A stretch of 63,956 bases of DNA, counting the filler, from Gonapodya sp. JEL0774 (taxonomy: Eukaryota), in the NCBI GenBank assembly GCA_027604505.1. It is 4 parts of 4 records of this genome, joined end to end, with 100 filler letters (N's around TTAATTAATTAA, not from the genome) between each part and the next. Parts side by side here need not be neighbours in the genome. Positions count along the whole stretch, not along the records: positions 54,538 to 63,956 come from JADIIX010000412.1; 3 more parts are not named here. One strand, given 5' to 3'. The notes beneath the pieces are model-generated. The model worked only from the letters and a program-made list of their open reading frames with translations, was not told the DNA's origin and ran no database searches. Numbering within the stretch: the stretch's first letter is position 1; every line of letters starts with the position of its first letter. Shown piece by piece: positions 63,612 to 63,956 of the stretch. The position numbers and the translations under genes were made by a program.

Positions 63612-63956
63612 ATGCATGTCTCCACATCAGATGCAGCCCATCATTTTGGAGTGTCTGCTCGAACTATCCGCCGATAGTGTGATTCCTCAAAAGCTAACTC
63701 CTTCCGAACGCCAACAGGTGATCGACGCATCCTCATTGACCCATCTCACCAAAAACTCAATCGCTCCGTGGTCACCGGAACTAATCGGGAAAGTGTCGCG
63801 TATGTGCGAGTCTCTACACAAAAACAGAGAGATGATCTACAGCGACGACAAGATTTCATGGCTGACAAGTTCCCCAGATACAGAATTGTCGCCGACATTG
63901 GATCAGGACTCAACTTCAAAAGACGCGGACTATTATCCCTTCTGGAACTCGCGAAG
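63612..63956 (+). mobile_element. tnpA: IS607-family TnpA serine transposase, inactivated by an in-frame stop, 3' truncated by the window end
   Basis: MHVSTSDAAHHFGVSARTIRR*CDS..RTPTGDRR (MerR-like HTH) followed by YVRVSTQKQRDDLQR and DIGSGLNFKRRGLLSLL; TAG at 63675-63677. Not in the ORF track. Confidence 0.92.

Noticed and set aside
63675..63677. TAG as evidence of stop-codon reassignment
   Set aside because: TAG ends other genes in the window, and the long ORFs in the same contig contain no internal TAG. A point mutation is simpler.

Overview
Eukaryotic, intron-rich, fungal-type sequence. An early-diverging (zoosporic) fungus is plausible but cannot be proven from the sequence. The window is four unrelated pieces joined by 100-nt N/TTAATTAATTAA linkers, so adjacency across linkers is not biological. 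Piece 1 (1-18323): a secreted Ser/Thr-rich mucin-like gene whose C-terminus has five Cys/Trp repeats, each interrupted by a 14-nt microexon; a degenerate kinase; and an NB-ARC-TPR NLR whose short first exon, missed by the ORF track, encodes a HET-s/NWD2-like amyloid signalling motif. Piece 2 (18424-36467): decayed CpG-depleted copia retroelement(s), aldo-keto reductase, Rho GTPase, WD40 and coiled-coil proteins, dCMP deaminase and SEC63. Piece 3 (36568-54437): housekeeping genes (APH-like kinase, TFIIIC Tau95, gamma-glutamyltranspeptidase, CFD1, zinc-knuckle protein, patatin, ADE8, SDR). Piece 4 (54538-63956): a virus/mobile-element-like island with an intact intronless Prim-Pol/Zn-finger/D5-SF3 primase-helicase, a paralog lacking the Prim-Pol domain, an iteron/hairpin array resembling a replication origin between them, a giant-virus-style kinase, and an inactivated IS607-family serine transposase running off the window end. 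Most exon boundaries were read by eye, and gene ends are approximate where stated.
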